Part shown: in pieces, positions 16,510 to 29,676 of the stretch | Layout of the letters: the number at the start of each line of letters is the position of its first letter | How positions within the stretch are numbered: the first letter of the stretch is position 1 | Origin: Felis catus | Lineage: Eukaryota | Length of the DNA stretch: 64,000 nt | Assembly: GCF_018350175.1 (NCBI RefSeq) | Contig: NC_058368.1 | Span: forward strand, 73,472,001-73,536,000 | Reading direction: 5' to 3' | The notes under the pieces: generated by a model | Told to the model about the DNA's origin: nothing | Seen by the model: the letters and a program-made list of their open reading frames with translations, nothing else | Database searches by the model: none | Made by a program: the position numbers and the translations under genes

Positions 16510-16985
16510 TTCATTCATGGAATACTGATAATAACAGAGTTCAAAGTTCAAAAGGTACCAAAAATATACAGTGAAGTGTCCCTCATTCCATTTTTGCCTT
16601 GCTACCCAGATCCCTTCTCCAAAGTCAACCAATATTACCTGCTTCTTCCATATCTTTCCAGATATTTTATACATATATACACACACACCCCTTTTTTTAA
16701 TAAACTCATATTTTTCTGAATCCCCCACCACCTAACATACATCTTTTGTTTACTCTTTTCTCTATACAATGAGCTTCTTTCATTGTGTTTTATGGCTGCA
16801 GAATATCCCAAGGGAAGGTTGTGCATGATATATTTCACCAACCATCACTGACACTGATTCTAATCTTTTGCTAAAATACTGCAATGAATGGTATGCACCT
16901 TACTTTCTCACGTGTGTAGACCAATTTTAATAACTTTGTGGGAGAGGAACTGCTGTATCAAAGGGTATATTCACTTGCAATTATA
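16510..16985 (-). mobile_element. Old L1 3' fragment
   Basis: L1M-type 3' UTR and ORF2-end motifs. Confidence 0.55.
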
Positions 16986-17140
16986 TTTTTTAAGGAATAC
17001 ATTCGATTTCTGAATAGGTAATATTTGCATATGTTACAAAATTTTTAAAGGACAAACATGTAAATAGTTAACCCTCCTCACATTCTTTTCCTCCAGCCAT
17101 GGAGTTTCCTTTCCCAGAAGTAACCACTGTGACCAACTTG

Positions 17141-17327
17141 TTTTTTTTTAAGGTTTGTTTGCAGGGGTGGGGGGAAGGGGGCAGAGAGAGGAGGAGAGAA
17201 TCCCAAGCAGGCTCCATGCTCAGCATACAGCCTGATGGGAGGGCTCGATCACCCCCTGACCCCATGAGGTCAGGACCTGCGGCAAAATCAAGAGTCGGGC
17301 GCTTAACTGAGCCTCCCAGGCGCCCCC
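17141..17327 (-). mobile_element. CAN-SINE
   Basis: Flanked by CACTGTGA. Confidence 0.85.
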
Positions 17328-18229
17328 ACTGTGATCCGCTTACTATCTTTCCACACGTGTGTGTTATGTGTCCAGAAAAGTTTTCTGACTTGAGCCTGAG
17401 GGGAATCAGTCTGGCTACAAAAATCCTGGGGTTTCGGTGGGGGGAGGAGGAGAATAAAGGACTTCAGGCTTCAGCGTCCCTGCCTTCAAAAACACAGCCC
17501 CCTAGTTAACTGTGCCTGAGGTCCCCTGGTTCAAAGCTCCCGGCCTCTGTTCTCCCAAGAGCCTCCCGCCTTCTAGTGGGAGAAGGCAGTCACCCAACAG
17601 TGTGAAACCGGGAAGGAGATGCGCACATCTAATTACCTCTGCAACAGATTTCACCTAGGTGCACCCCCAACACCACTTCCTTCGCTGGCAGCTGCCAGTT
17701 TGTGTGTTTTGTATTCAACTGTTCCACACTGTTCCTTGCCGCAGGTTTAGAATTACGCTGTTTGCTAAGAACATTTGCCTTCCGGACCCCACTACTTTAC
17801 TGCTATCGTTTCCTTTCCCATTCTCTCCATCGTTTGAATTGAAGTCTTCTAAAAAAAAAAAAAAAAAAAAAAAAACCCTTTACCGTAATTTTAGTGAGAT
17901 TCCAGGAGCCAGTATTCAATCCACTTTCTTGGCCTAGAATGCTCTACTCTCCCGAAACCACCTGGATGTTTGGGTTCTTTCGGAGAAACTCTACGGCCTG
18001 CCAGGTTTCCGGATGAACAGTCCACTCCTCACAGCTGGTGCCCTTGTTCTCCACCGGCTACTTCGGTTACCAACGAAACTGTTCTGGGATACGGTGCAAC
18101 CCGGTCTCCGCAGTCTGGGTTACGACCTCTGGTTTCGCATTCGGACAGGGCAGGGCAGGGCAGCAGTCTGGCTCTGCCCCAAGGTCTTCAACTGTAAAAG
18201 GAGAGCCACAGGGATACCCTGAGGACGAA

Positions 18230-19135
18230 TCTGCAGTTTCCGTACTTGGCGAGCATTCCGGAGGGACTTGTACGACGACCACGAATACCGGGGGCGCAAG
18301 AGGCGATCACGTCTCGTGCTCAAGGACCGACACGCCACGACCACCCCAACTTCCAACCGAAAAACTGCGCGGGCATCGTCCAGTGTGTCCACAGCGGTGC
18401 GCTGGAGGTCACGGGCGAGCAAACACGTGAAGAGTTTAAGTCTTCCGGAGGCCGATGACCTGGCCGGGTGGGTGCACACCAGACAGCACGCGGGACCAGG
18501 GCAGAAATTCGGAGCGACCCCCCCCACCCCCCCGCCAAGAATTTAGGGTTCCAAGGCACCTGTGAGAACCCTCTCGTGCACTCAACCGGCGCGCGTGCGC
18601 GGGGTGCGCGGTGGCCGCCCCCCGCCCCCGGGGCCCGGCGCGACCCCCTCACAGCTCCGGCCGCTTCGGCTCTCCCCGCCCGAGCCGTCCCCTCACTGCG
18701 GCCTCCCCAACGGCCAGGAGGGCGAAACCCCGGCGGTCGGGCCCGCGGGCACCGCACTTACACCCAACGCCTCACGGAGGCGACCAGCAGCCGTCGAGGG
18801 GCGCCGGCCGCGAGCCCTAATGTTTCAGACGGGGCCGCCAGGCGCGCCAGCACCTTCCTCTGGAGGCCGTCCCCCACCCAGCGGCGCCAACCGCCGCCGC
18901 CGCACTTACCGGGCCCGGGAAGGTGGCCGAGACCGCCTAGCCGTCCGCACTCCCTTCACGGAACAAACTACCACGCTCGAAGCGACCGCCTCGCCGCACC
19001 CGCCAGCCCGTTTCGCATCGGCGCACGCGCGCGCAGACCCCGCCCCCCGGGCGCGCGGGCCCGCGCGTAGGGCACGCCGGGAGCGGGAGTTTTCCAGCCG
19101 CTTCCGGGTGACTGGGGCGGGGGTTGCTCGCTAGC
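18230..19135 (-). promoter_or_regulatory. TEX30: TEX30 CpG-island promoter and non-coding first exon region
   Basis: Very CpG-rich; NRF1-like GCGCACGCGC at 19021, ETS-like CTTCCGG near 19101, GC box near 19114; minus-strand GTAAGT donors at 18909 and 18761. Confidence 0.85.
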
Positions 19136-19576
19136 AAGCTGGTGGTGAGTGGTGAGTGACTTTCAGTCCCTGCCTCACCCAATGACTCCCTCCACGCTGG
19201 ACCGTTCCCCGTGTCCCAGCGGCTCCATTTCAACAGTGGCACAGGTCAATGAACGTGGAGTCAACTCTGATTATTCATTTTCTCACACCAAACAATCGGC
19301 CAATGCTGTTGACTCTATTTGCAAATATATACAAAATCCAACCACTGCTCATACTTCTGCCAGACTGGTCGGAACCCCCACCCCCCACGCCTATCAACTC
19401 TGCCTGGATGGTCTCTTGTTTCCACCTTTACTTCCACCTCTTTGCTACTTGAACAATTCAGCAACCAACTAGACCCTGTTGAAATGTAAACACCTTCTCC
19501 AAACCTTCCAGAGGCTTCCCATCTGTCTCATAACTAAAGCCAAAGCCTTACAATGACCACTAAGGTTTTATATTGT

Positions 19577-22500
19577 TTACACATATTTTTTGTTTCAAGT
19601 TTTTATTTAAATTCCAGTTAGCTAACATATATTGTAGTATTAGTTTCGGAAATAGAATTTAGTGATTCATAACTTGCACTTAACACCCAGTATTCATAAC
19701 AAGTGCCCTCCTTAATGAGCATCACCCATTAGATCATCTCCCATCCGCTTCCTCTTCAGCAACGCTCCGTCTGTGCACTGTAATTAAGAGTGTGTTTTAT
19801 GGTTTGCCTCTCTCTTTCCCCCTATGTTTATCTGTTCTTAAATTCCACAAATGAGTGAAACCATATGGTATTTGTCTTTCTCTGTCCTGACTTATTTCGC
19901 TTAGCATAATATTCTCTAGCTCCATCCACACACTGCAACTGTCAGCATTTCATTTTTTTATGGCTGAGTAATATTCCATTGTATATACACATACCACATC
20001 TTCTTTATCCATTCATCAGTGGATGGACATTTGGGATATTTCCATAATTTGGCTATTGTTCATAATGATGCTATAAACATCATGGTGCATGTATCCCTTT
20101 GAATCAGTATCTTTGTATCCTTTGGGTAAATACCTAGTAGTGCAATTGCTGGATCAAAGGGTAGTTCTATTTTTAACTTTCTGAGGCACCTCCATGCTAT
20201 TTTCCAGAGTGGCTGCATCATTTGTATTTTCACCAACAGTGCAAGAGGGCTCCCCTTTTTCCACATCCTTGCCAACACCTGCTGTTTTCTGTGTTGTTAA
20301 TTTTAGCAATTCTCACAGGTGTGAGGTGATATCTCATTGTAGTTTTGATTTGTATTTCCCTGATAATGAGTGATGTTGGGCGTCTTTTTCTGTGTCTGTT
20401 AGACGTCTGTATGTCTGTCTTCTCTGGAAAAATGTCTGTCTGTGTCTTTTGCCCATTTTTTAACTGGATTATTTATTTTTTGGGTGTTGTGTTTGATTAG
20501 CTTTGGATACTAACCCTTTATCCGAAATGTCGTTTGTAAATATTTTCTCCCATTCCAAAGGTTGTCTTTTAGTTTTGCTGATTGTTTCTTTTGCTGTGCA
20601 AAAGCTTTTTATCTTGATGAAGTCCCACTAATTCATATTTGCTTTTGTTTCCCTTGCCTCTGGAGACGTGCCTAGTACAAAATTGGTACAACCAAAGTCA
20701 GAGAGGTTGCTGCCTGTACTCTCTAGGATTTTGATGGTTTCCCGTCTCACATTTAGATCTTTCATCCATTTTGAATTTATTTTGTGTGTGGTGTAGGAAA
20801 GTAGTCCAGTTTCATTCTTTTCCATGTTGCTGTCCATTTTTTCCAACACCACTTATTGAAGAGACTGTCATTTTTCCATTGTATATCCTTTCCTGCTTTG
20901 TCGAATATTAGTTGACCATTTCTGGGTTTTCTATCCTGTTCCATTGCTCTGTGTATCCTTTTGTGACAGTACCATAGTGTCTTGATAACTATGACTTTGT
21001 AATATAACTTGAAGTCTAGGATTGTGAAGCCTCCAGCTTTGCTTTTCTTTTTCAAGTTTGTTTTGGCTATCCAGGGTCTTTGTGGTTCCATACAAATTTT
21101 AAGATAGCTTATTCTGGATCTGTGAAAAATTCTGGTGGTACTTTGACAGGGATTGCATTAAATGTGCAGATTGCCTTGAGTATTATAGACATTTTAATAA
21201 TATTTGCTCTTTCAATCCATGAGCCTGGAATGCTTTTCCATTTCTTTTTGTCCTCTTCTATTTCTTTCAGAAGTGTTCTATAGTTTTCAGAGTTCATATC
21301 TTTTACCTCTTTGGTTAGGCTTATTCCTATCTATCTTTTTCTTGGGGGGGGGGTGCAATTGTAAATGGGATCTATTCCTTGATTTCTCTTTCTGCTGCTT
21401 GATTATTGATGTTTGGAAATGCAACCATTTCTGTATGTTGATTTTGTATCCTGTGACTTTACTGAATTCGTGTATCAGTTATAGCAATTTTTTTGGTGGA
21501 GTCTTTTAGGTTTTCTACATAGTAGTCTGCAAATTGTGAAAGTTTGACTTCTTCCTTGCCACTATGGATGCCTTTTATTTCTTTTTGTTGTCTGATTGCT
21601 GAGGCTAGGACTTCCACTACTGTGTTAAAAAACAGTGGTGAGAGTGGACATCCCTGTCTTGTTCCTGACCATAGAGGAAAAGCTCTCAGTTTTTTCTCAT
21701 AGAAGATGATATTAGCTGTGGGTCTTTCATATATGGCCTTTATGAGGTTGAGGTGTGTTCCCTCTATCCTTACTTTGTTGAGGATTTTTATTATGAATGG
21801 ATGCTGTACTTTGTCAAATGCTTTATCTGCATCTGTTGAGAGGATTGTATGGTTCTTATCCTTTCTTTTATTAATATCATATACACGTTGATTGATTTGC
21901 AAATATTGAACCACTTTAAATCCCAGGAATGAATCCCACTTTATTGTGGTGAGTAATTCTTTTAATGTAGTGTTGGATTCAATTTGCTAGTATTTTGTTG
22001 AAAATTTTTGCACCCATGTTCATCAGGGATATTAACCTGTAATTCTCATTTTTGGTTGGGTCTTTGGTTTTGCAATCAAGGTAATGCTGGCCTTGTAGGA
22101 TGAATTTGAAAGTTTCCCTTCTATATATATATTTTGGAACAGTTGGAGAAGAATAGGTATTAACTCTTCTTTAAATGTTTGGTAGAATTCCTCTGTGAAG
22201 CCATCTGGCCCTGGACTTTCGTTTGTTGGGATATTTTTGATTACTGATTCAATTTCTTTGCTCGTTATCTGTCTATTCAAGTGTTCTATTTCTTCCTGTT
22301 CCAGTTCTGGTAGCTTATATATTTCTAGGAATTTATCCATGTCTTCTAGATTGCCCAATTTGTTGGCATATAATTTTTCATAATAGTCTCCTTATAAGTG
22401 TTTGTATTTCTGCAGTGGTGACTGTGATCTCTCCTTTCTCATTCATGATTTTATTTATTTGCATTTTTTTCTCTTTTCTTTTGATAAGTCTGGCTAAGGG

Positions 22501-25500
22501 TTTATCAGTTTATTCTTTCCAAGAACCAGCTCCTTATTTCATTGATCTGTTCTGCTGTTTTTTTCTTGCTGTTGTTGTTTCCATATCATTTATTTCTGCT
22601 CTAATCTTTATTATTTCCCTTCTTCTGCTGGCTTTAGGATTCGTTTGTTGTTCTTTTTCTAGCTTCATTAGGTGAAAGGTTAGGGTGTATATTTAAGATT
22701 TTTCTTTTTTTTTTTTAATTTATTTTTTCAGAGAGAGAGAGATCAGGGGAGGGGCAGAGAGAGAGAGGAAGAGAGAGAATCTGAAGCAGACTCTACACTG
22801 TCAGTGTAGAGCTCAATTTGGGGCTTGAACTCATGAACGGTGAGATCATGACCTGAGTCAAAATCGTGAGTTGAATACTTAACTGACTGAGTCACCCAGG
22901 CACCCCCAAGACTTTTATTGCTTCTTGATATGGACCTGTATTGCTACTTACTTCCCTATTATGATTGCTTTTGCTGCATCTCAAAGGTTTTGGACTGTTG
23001 TGTTTTCATTTCCTTTCGTTTCCATGTGTTTTTTTAATTTCTTCTTTAATTTCCTCATTGACCCATTCGTTCTTTAGTAGGATGTTCTTTAACCTCCATG
23101 TATTTCTGGTCTTTCCAAATTTTTTCTTGTGGTTGACTTCACATTTCATAGTGTTGTCATCAGAAAATATGCACGGCAGGATCTCAGTCTTTTTGTACTT
23201 GTTGAGGCCTGAGTTGTGACCTGGTATGTGATCTGTTCTGGAGAATGTCCCATGTGCGTTCAAAAAGAATGTGTACTCTGCTGCTTGAGGATGAAATGTT
23301 CTGAATATATCTGTTAAGTACATCTGTTCCAGTATGCCATTCAAAGCCATTGTTTCCTTGTTGATTTTCTGCTTAGATGATCTGTCCATTGATGTAAGTG
23401 GGGTGTTAAAGTCCTCTACTATTGTTGTATTATCAATGAGTTCCTTTATGTTTGTTCTTAATTGTTTTATATATTTGGGGGCTTTCAAGTTGAGGGCATA
23501 AATATTTACAGTTGTTAGATCTTTTTGTTGGATAGACCCTTTTATTATGATATAGTTCCTTTCTTCATCTCTTCGTATAGTCTTTGGTTTAAAATCTAGT
23601 TTGTGTGATATAAGTATGGCTACTCTGGTTTTCTTTTGACATCCATTTGCATGAAAGGTTGTTCTCCATCCCCTCACTTTCAATCTGCAGGTGTCTTTAG
23701 GTCTAAACTGAGTGTCCTATAGGCAGCATATAGATTTTTTTTTAATCCATTCTGGCACCCTATGGCTTTTGATTGGAGTATTTGGTCCATTTACATTCAG
23801 AGTAATTATTGATAGATATGTATCTGGTGCCATTTTATTACTTGGTTTGTCACTGTTTCTGCAGATATTCTCTATTCCTTTCTAGTCTTTGTAACTTTTG
23901 GTCTTCCTTTCCCACTCAAAGAGTCCCCTTTAATATTTCTTGCAGGGCTGGTTTAGTGGTCATGGACTCCTTTAGTTTTTGTTTGTCTGGGAAACCCTTT
24001 ATCTCTCTTTCTGAAGAATAGATTTACTGGATAGTGTATGCTTGGCTGTATATTTTTCTGATTCAGCACATTAAACATATCATGCCACTCCCTTCTTGCC
24101 TGCCAAGTTTCTGTGGAGATATCTGCTACTAACCGTATTTGTCTTCCCTTGTAAGTTAAGGACTACTTTTGTCTTGGTTCTTTAGGATTTTTCTTTATTT
24201 TTATATTTTGCAAATTTAACTACAATATGTCTTAGTGTTGGCCCACTTTCGTTGATTTTGATGGGAGTTCTCTGTGCCTATGGGATTTGCATGTCTGTTT
24301 CCTTTCCCAGATTAGAGAAGTTTTCAGCTATAATTTCCTCAAGTAAACCTTCTGCCCCCTTTTCCATCTCTTCCTCTTCTGGGGCTCCTATGGTATGAAT
24401 GTATGGAGTTACTGAGTACCCTGGGTCTACATTCATGATCTAATATTTTTCTTTCCCTGTTCTTTTCAGCTTCATTATTTTCCATAATTTTATCTTCTAC
24501 ATCACTTATTCATTCCTCTGCTTTTTCCATCCTTGTGGTCATTACACCAGTCAGTTTCAAATCTTGGTTGTTGCATTTTTCATCTTGGCCTGCCTAGTTT
24601 TTACGTCTCAGAAGTCTGCAGTAAGGGACTCCCTAATGTCTTCTTTGCTTTTCTCAAGCCCAGCTAGTATCCTTATGATTACTGCTTTTAATTCTGGATC
24701 AGGCATATACTTATATCTGTTTCAATTAGATCCCTGGCTGTGGCCTTTTCTTGTCTGGGATGAATTTCTCCATCTTGGCATTTTGTCTAGGTCTCTGTCT
24801 TCTTCTTTGTGTTAGGAAAGCCTGTTTATGTTTCCTGTTCCTGAGAGTAATGGCTTTATAAAGAAGAGGTCATATATTCCCCCGGGGCCTGGCACTCCAG
24901 GAAGTGTCTCTGGTGTATGCTGTGTGCACTCTGCTGCTGTGTTTTGGCTGCTCTTTCCCTCAGGTCAGTCCTCCGCAGAGCTTCTCCTTGCCTGAAGTGG
25001 GGAGTGTTTTAGGACCTTGGCCAAAGTGTGGCAAGTTTCAACTAGGTGTGCTCTGGTCTGCTTGTTAAAAGAAACCTGATGCTGTTTCCACTAAAGCTGA
25101 AGCTTTGCACAACTCTATGGTCAGTAGATGTGGTGCATGTGGAGGTGTTTGTGCTGGTCTTCTGAGGCAGGGGCCTGTTGCACTGGTTCTCAGGCACACT
25201 TACCAGAGAAAAGCAGCACCTGCAGAATGCAAGGGGACAGGGTTGGGTGTAAGCAGTTTAGGCCGCCAGTATTGGCAATTGTGCTGCTTACTGAAGTTAG
25301 TTTATGCTGAAGGGTAGGGGAGAGAAATGGCACCAGCCCCCTTCCACTCCCCAGAAAGGGGAGTTTGTGACCATCACTGCCTGGGAGGCCCTTCCAGAAG
25401 AGGGAACAACCTCCATTTGTGTGTCTCAGGTGTCCCTCACATCCCTGTTTCCACCCTGTCTGTGTCTGGGCCCTCTGCCCACACAGTAATGCAGTGCACC

Positions 25501-26069
25501 TGTGTTCTATCCCAGGCAGGCTGGCTGAGTTTTAAAACTCCAAGTTTTAGGGACCCGATGTGGTGCGGACCTATGCTGGTCCTCTGCGGGAGGATCTCAC
25601 CACTCTGAGGCTGGTGCAGGCTTATCCCAGAAGGGCAGTTTCCACCAAAGCACAGGGGCATGGAGTTTGGAGTAAAGTGCAGCAAAGAGCCAGTGTCCAG
25701 GTTAGCTGTCCTCAGCAGGTGTCTCTGCACCTATCCTGAGGGGTGGGGGAGCGAAATGGTGCCCACTGGCTCTTTTGTTCCCGGAGAGCTGATGCTTCCT
25801 CTCCCAGATGCACTCTCAGAAGAGGGGACCATCTCTCCCAGTGCATCCCAGGGAACCCTCAGATCGGGCTGTCCACTACGAGGTTATCTGCCCTCCTTCT
25901 CCACAGGAGCACTGCAGTGCCCTCCAGGCTCCATGCCGGCCACACCACAGACCTCTAAAACTCTAGTCTTTGAGCCCTGCTGGTTGTAGAATCTCACAAA
26001 AATCAGCCCCTCTCATTTTCCCAGTCAATGGCTTTGGGGAAGTGTTTTCCTTGTGCAATCTCCTGCGCG

Positions 26070-26110
<41 letters not shown>

Positions 26111-26353
26111 TCTCTCCATGAACAGGGCTCCCTCCCCTCTGCAGCCTCGTCAATCCACTTCTCCCCCAAACCACATCTCCACACCTCCTACCTTCCACGA
26201 CGTGGCTTCTTCTCTCCCTGTAGTTGTGCAGTTTGTTATTTCAGTCCTCAGGTTGATTTCTTGGTTGTTCAGAACGATGAGGTATTTATCTAGCTGTGTT
26301 CAAGGAAAAAGGCAAGCCTAGGCTCTTCCTACTACTCTGCCATTAGCTCCTCA
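19577..26353 (-). mobile_element. Full-length decayed carnivore L1 (5' UTR about 24850-26353, ORF1 remnant, fragmented ORF2, 3' UTR)
   Basis: Endonuclease-like ORF 23006-23683, RT fragments 21459-22358, C-terminal pieces 20060-21297; 5' start GAGGAGCTAATGGCAGAGTAGTAGG; candidate TSD GTTTTAT(A/G)TTGT at 19565 and 26354. Confidence 0.93.
22699..22907 (-). mobile_element. CAN-SINE inserted in L1 ORF2
   Basis: Interrupts the full-length L1. Confidence 0.9.
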
Positions 26354-26362
26354 GTTTTATGT

Positions 26363-27822
26363 TGTAAACAATAAGAACTCAACTGACTAATTTAACAGAT
26401 TGAAGCGAAGGAGAAATTGTCTTTCAGGATCTTCTAGGTGGCCTAAAAATTAAATTTACATAAGGCAGATCAACAGGAGAAAAAAAAAACACCCAAATTT
26501 TATTACATACGCACAGAGGCTCAATTATGAAATTGAGACCTGAAGAAGTGACTGAGGCAGCCAGTTTGTCTACTTTTTAGACAAAGAGACAATAAATCTG
26601 CGAAGAACTGACAGGACAAAGAAAACTTTGGGAGCTTCAATTAGTAAGGAATTCTAAACAGAATTTGGGTGTGGAAGTAAGTTAGTAAAAAGTAACAAGG
26701 ATTGTTTACACAACTTTCTCAGCTCTAAGTTTCCCATTTCTGGTGATAAGGATGACTCATTACCTCCTTGTACAGGGAGGGTATCACTCGCATGGGAAAT
26801 TCATTTCTTGCTTTCAGGGGGGCAGAGGAGGCTCTGAGTGTCCTGGTTGTACTGGCTGTCTCTTAAGTATGAGAAATGAGATGATTCATTTTCAGAAATA
26901 CCAAATGAAAGCTGTGCTGTCTAGTTAACAATAGGTTTACAACGTATTGCAAATACCTACCAACTCTCCCCCCACAATGGAGTCCCACACCCTTAGACAC
27001 GTCCAGGTTCTCCTTCCCCTCTCCATTCCAGGGACTTATTTTTTTGCGAGCTTTGCGATGAGCATGCGCCAAAGAACTGAAGACTCTGCAGCACCTCAAG
27101 GAACATACATTTGTTCCAATCTGAATACTTTTTGCCTTACAGGGCATGGATGACATCCGGGCAAGGCTGTAACCTCTGCAGTGCTCCGCTAATGAGGGAC
27201 GGGGTTGGGGGGGGGGGGGGACTTGCACGCTAGGCGACAAATTGTCTGCTGTAGCTGCCCCGCATGTGCCTGTCCATCAGACACCTGCTCTTGCAAAAGC
27301 ATTGATTAAGGCCTCCCTTGACTGCACTCTGCGTCTCCCCATCCCTCCTTTGGGTCAGTGGGCTTATTTCTCACATTAAGTAAATTTATTTAAAATAATC
27401 AATATGCCAAAGTGGCACATCTGAAGGCAGTCTGTCCTTGGCCCCTAAAAGGCCAAATTGGCCTTACTGAATAACTCATGAATTGGACAGCATCCCGTTG
27501 AGCAAATGAAAGAGAGCTCCATCAAGCTACAGAAAAGGAAAGGCTTTTAAAGGTGGGGGTGGGGTGGAGAGGAAGGCAATTATTAGCAAGTAATGCATTA
27601 TTTTAGGCAAGGTCCTCCTCCTAAGGGGAATGGATGGGGTCTATCAGTAAACTCCCTAGTGCTGTAGTGCTGACCAAGAAGTTCCATGTTGACTGGTTAA
27701 AGGTTACATTGGTGGTGATCAGGGATCGAAACTGCAGTTAAGTTAGTGTTAAGTCTTGGCTTGCTGACGTGGGGTTTTAATATAAGTGACTCCATTTGGG
27801 GCCTGTGGTTTTCTTTTTAACG
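26363..27822 (-). mobile_element. Nested ERV LTR cluster (outer about 26363-27822, middle about 26401-27448)
   Basis: Outer LTR-like sequence breaks near 26400 and resumes near 27455; middle element is itself split by a solo LTR. Confidence 0.6.
26868..27375 (+). mobile_element. Solo LTR, 508 bp
   Basis: Inverted termini TATGAGAAATGAG and CTTATTTCTCACA; 5-bp TSD TTAAG at 26863-26867 and 27376-27380. Confidence 0.8.
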
Positions 27823-27903
27823 GTATGATCAGTCCTATCATTTCTTACCTTTCTATTTCCCACTGGTCAACTTCCCTGACTCCTTGCACCCAGGCCTCTT
27901 TGG

Positions 27904-28394
27904 TATCGTCACCCCCAAACCCACCAGACGGGGCCCCCGTATAGGGCTTTTGCCCTGGCTGTTCATCCTCCAGTTGATGAGGTTTGAAGTGTTGGGGTTC
28001 AGAGCCATCAGCCAAGAAAGAATTCTTGACATGTCTTTGGGGCAAAAAGATGGTTTTATTAAATCACAGGGACAGGACCCCTGGGTAAAAAGAGCTTCCC
28101 TCAGATTGGGGGGAGTGACTGATTAAATATGGGGCAGATGGGGGGAGGTAAAGTCCAGGGAAGTTTCCAAAAGGGTTTTCATATGCTAAGGAAGACTCAT
28201 GGAATCCAGGATCCTGGAGGCCTAGCTACTGTTGAGCTAAAGTTGCCTTTCCCTCTGGCAAAGCATTAACATTAAGACACAGGGAGTTCCTGGAGAAATG
28301 GTCTACTTTGCCTCCGTCAAGTAATGGGCCGCAGGTTATAAGGAAATTTAACTTTACCTACCATTTCCTTCTTGCCTTTGTTCCCCACCTCACA
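27904..28394 (-). mobile_element. Solo LTR inserted in L2
   Basis: Minus-strand AATAAA, CA terminus, L2-like flanks on both sides. Confidence 0.6.
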
Positions 28395-28856
28395 GTGGCT
28401 AACCCAGCATCTCGGTGGCTTCTTCACTTACAAGTCATTCTCTCATTGCGGCCTTCCCTCATCCCCTCAGCCACACTTCCTGTCCTTCTCTCCTTATTAC
28501 CTAATATACTGTGAATGTAGCTGTCGCCTCAGAGAACTGTAAACTCTCCATAAAGGCAGGGTGTTTTGTTGTTATGCCTCGAATCTCCTGTGTGTGGGAT
28601 CATATATTTCTTGAATGACTAAATCTACCCCAAGCCTAGGGCAGGTGGTAACTGCCCTCTTTTCTGTCACTCGTTTGTGTGTGCGTGCCTGTGTGTGTGT
28701 AGTTCTGTGTAGCTTAATCACGTGATATGTTCGGGTAACAGCACTATAATCAAGATATAGGACCGATGTATCACAAGCATCCCTCACACCACCTCTTATA
28801 GCCACATTCTTTCTCCATATCCAGGATTCCTTTTTAAGAAAAATGTAACATAAGAC

Positions 28857-29541
28857 TGTGGAAATGTAGCTGGCATGCAGGGGTGCAAGAGCAACTGACT
28901 CTGGGGAGTCCCAAACCGACCAGGTGCAGCCACTCACCCTTGACAAAACCCAAAGGCACAGAGACAAGTGGTGGTGAAGTAAGAGAGGAATTTATTTCCA
29001 TGAGGCCGACACCCGGAAGACCACAGACTAATGGCTCAAAGGCTGTCACCGAAGTGCCAAAAATATTTCCAGGGCAAAGGTCAGTGGTACGTGCAGGTGG
29101 GCAGTGAAGGTCTGGTGGGTCTTTGTCTTGAAGTCAATGACTTGGGGTCTTGCTGGCTCAGGAAACTCCTTATTGCCTGAGGGAGTACTTTCGGTTCCCA
29201 TCTGGGGGTGCTTTGCCCTCAGGGTCTTTTTCCAGAGTGAAGAGAAAGCTGGAAAGAAGAACTTAATCAATTAGAAAGTTTGAGTTCACGGATGGTTGGG
29301 TGGCTCAATCAGCTGAGCATCCAACTCTAGATTTCTGCTCAGGTCATGATCTCATGGTAAATGGGTCTGAGCCCTACATTGGGCTCCATGCTGGCAGTGG
29401 GGAGCCTGCTTGAGATTCTCTCTCTGCCCCTCCTCATTCATGCTTGCGCTCTCTCTCTTCCTCTCTCAAAATAACGAAATAAACCTTTTTTTTTTAAAAG
29501 AAAGTTTGAGTTCAAAATGGAAGTAATGAAAGTCCTCTTTC
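28857..29541 (-). mobile_element. LTR remnant interrupted by a SINE
   Basis: TG...CA ends, minus-strand AATAAA near 28990. Confidence 0.5.
29289..29498 (+). mobile_element. CAN-SINE with 16-bp TSD
   Basis: AGAAAGTTTGAGTTCA at 29273-29288 and 29499-29514. Confidence 0.9.
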
Positions 29542-29567
29542 AGAAGGAGATCCATGGTGTATTGTGG

Positions 29568-29573
29568 TTTTTT

Positions 29574-29669
<96 letters not shown>

Positions 29670-29676
29670 TTTCTTT
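29568..29676 (+). repeat. (TTTC)n microsatellite
   Basis: About 100 bp of TTTC units with one interruption. Confidence 0.95.

Noticed and set aside
17970..19242. Overlapping 130-200 aa ORFs on both strands
   Set aside because: Pro/Arg/Ala/Gly-rich products of a stop-poor CpG island, mostly with non-ATG starts and no recognisable domain.
20060..23683. RT and endonuclease ORFs as an active element or domesticated gene
   Set aside because: Multiple stops, frameshifts and a SINE insertion break ORF2.
27198..27220. G-run with G-quadruplex potential
   Set aside because: Homopolymer inside a solo LTR with no sign of function.
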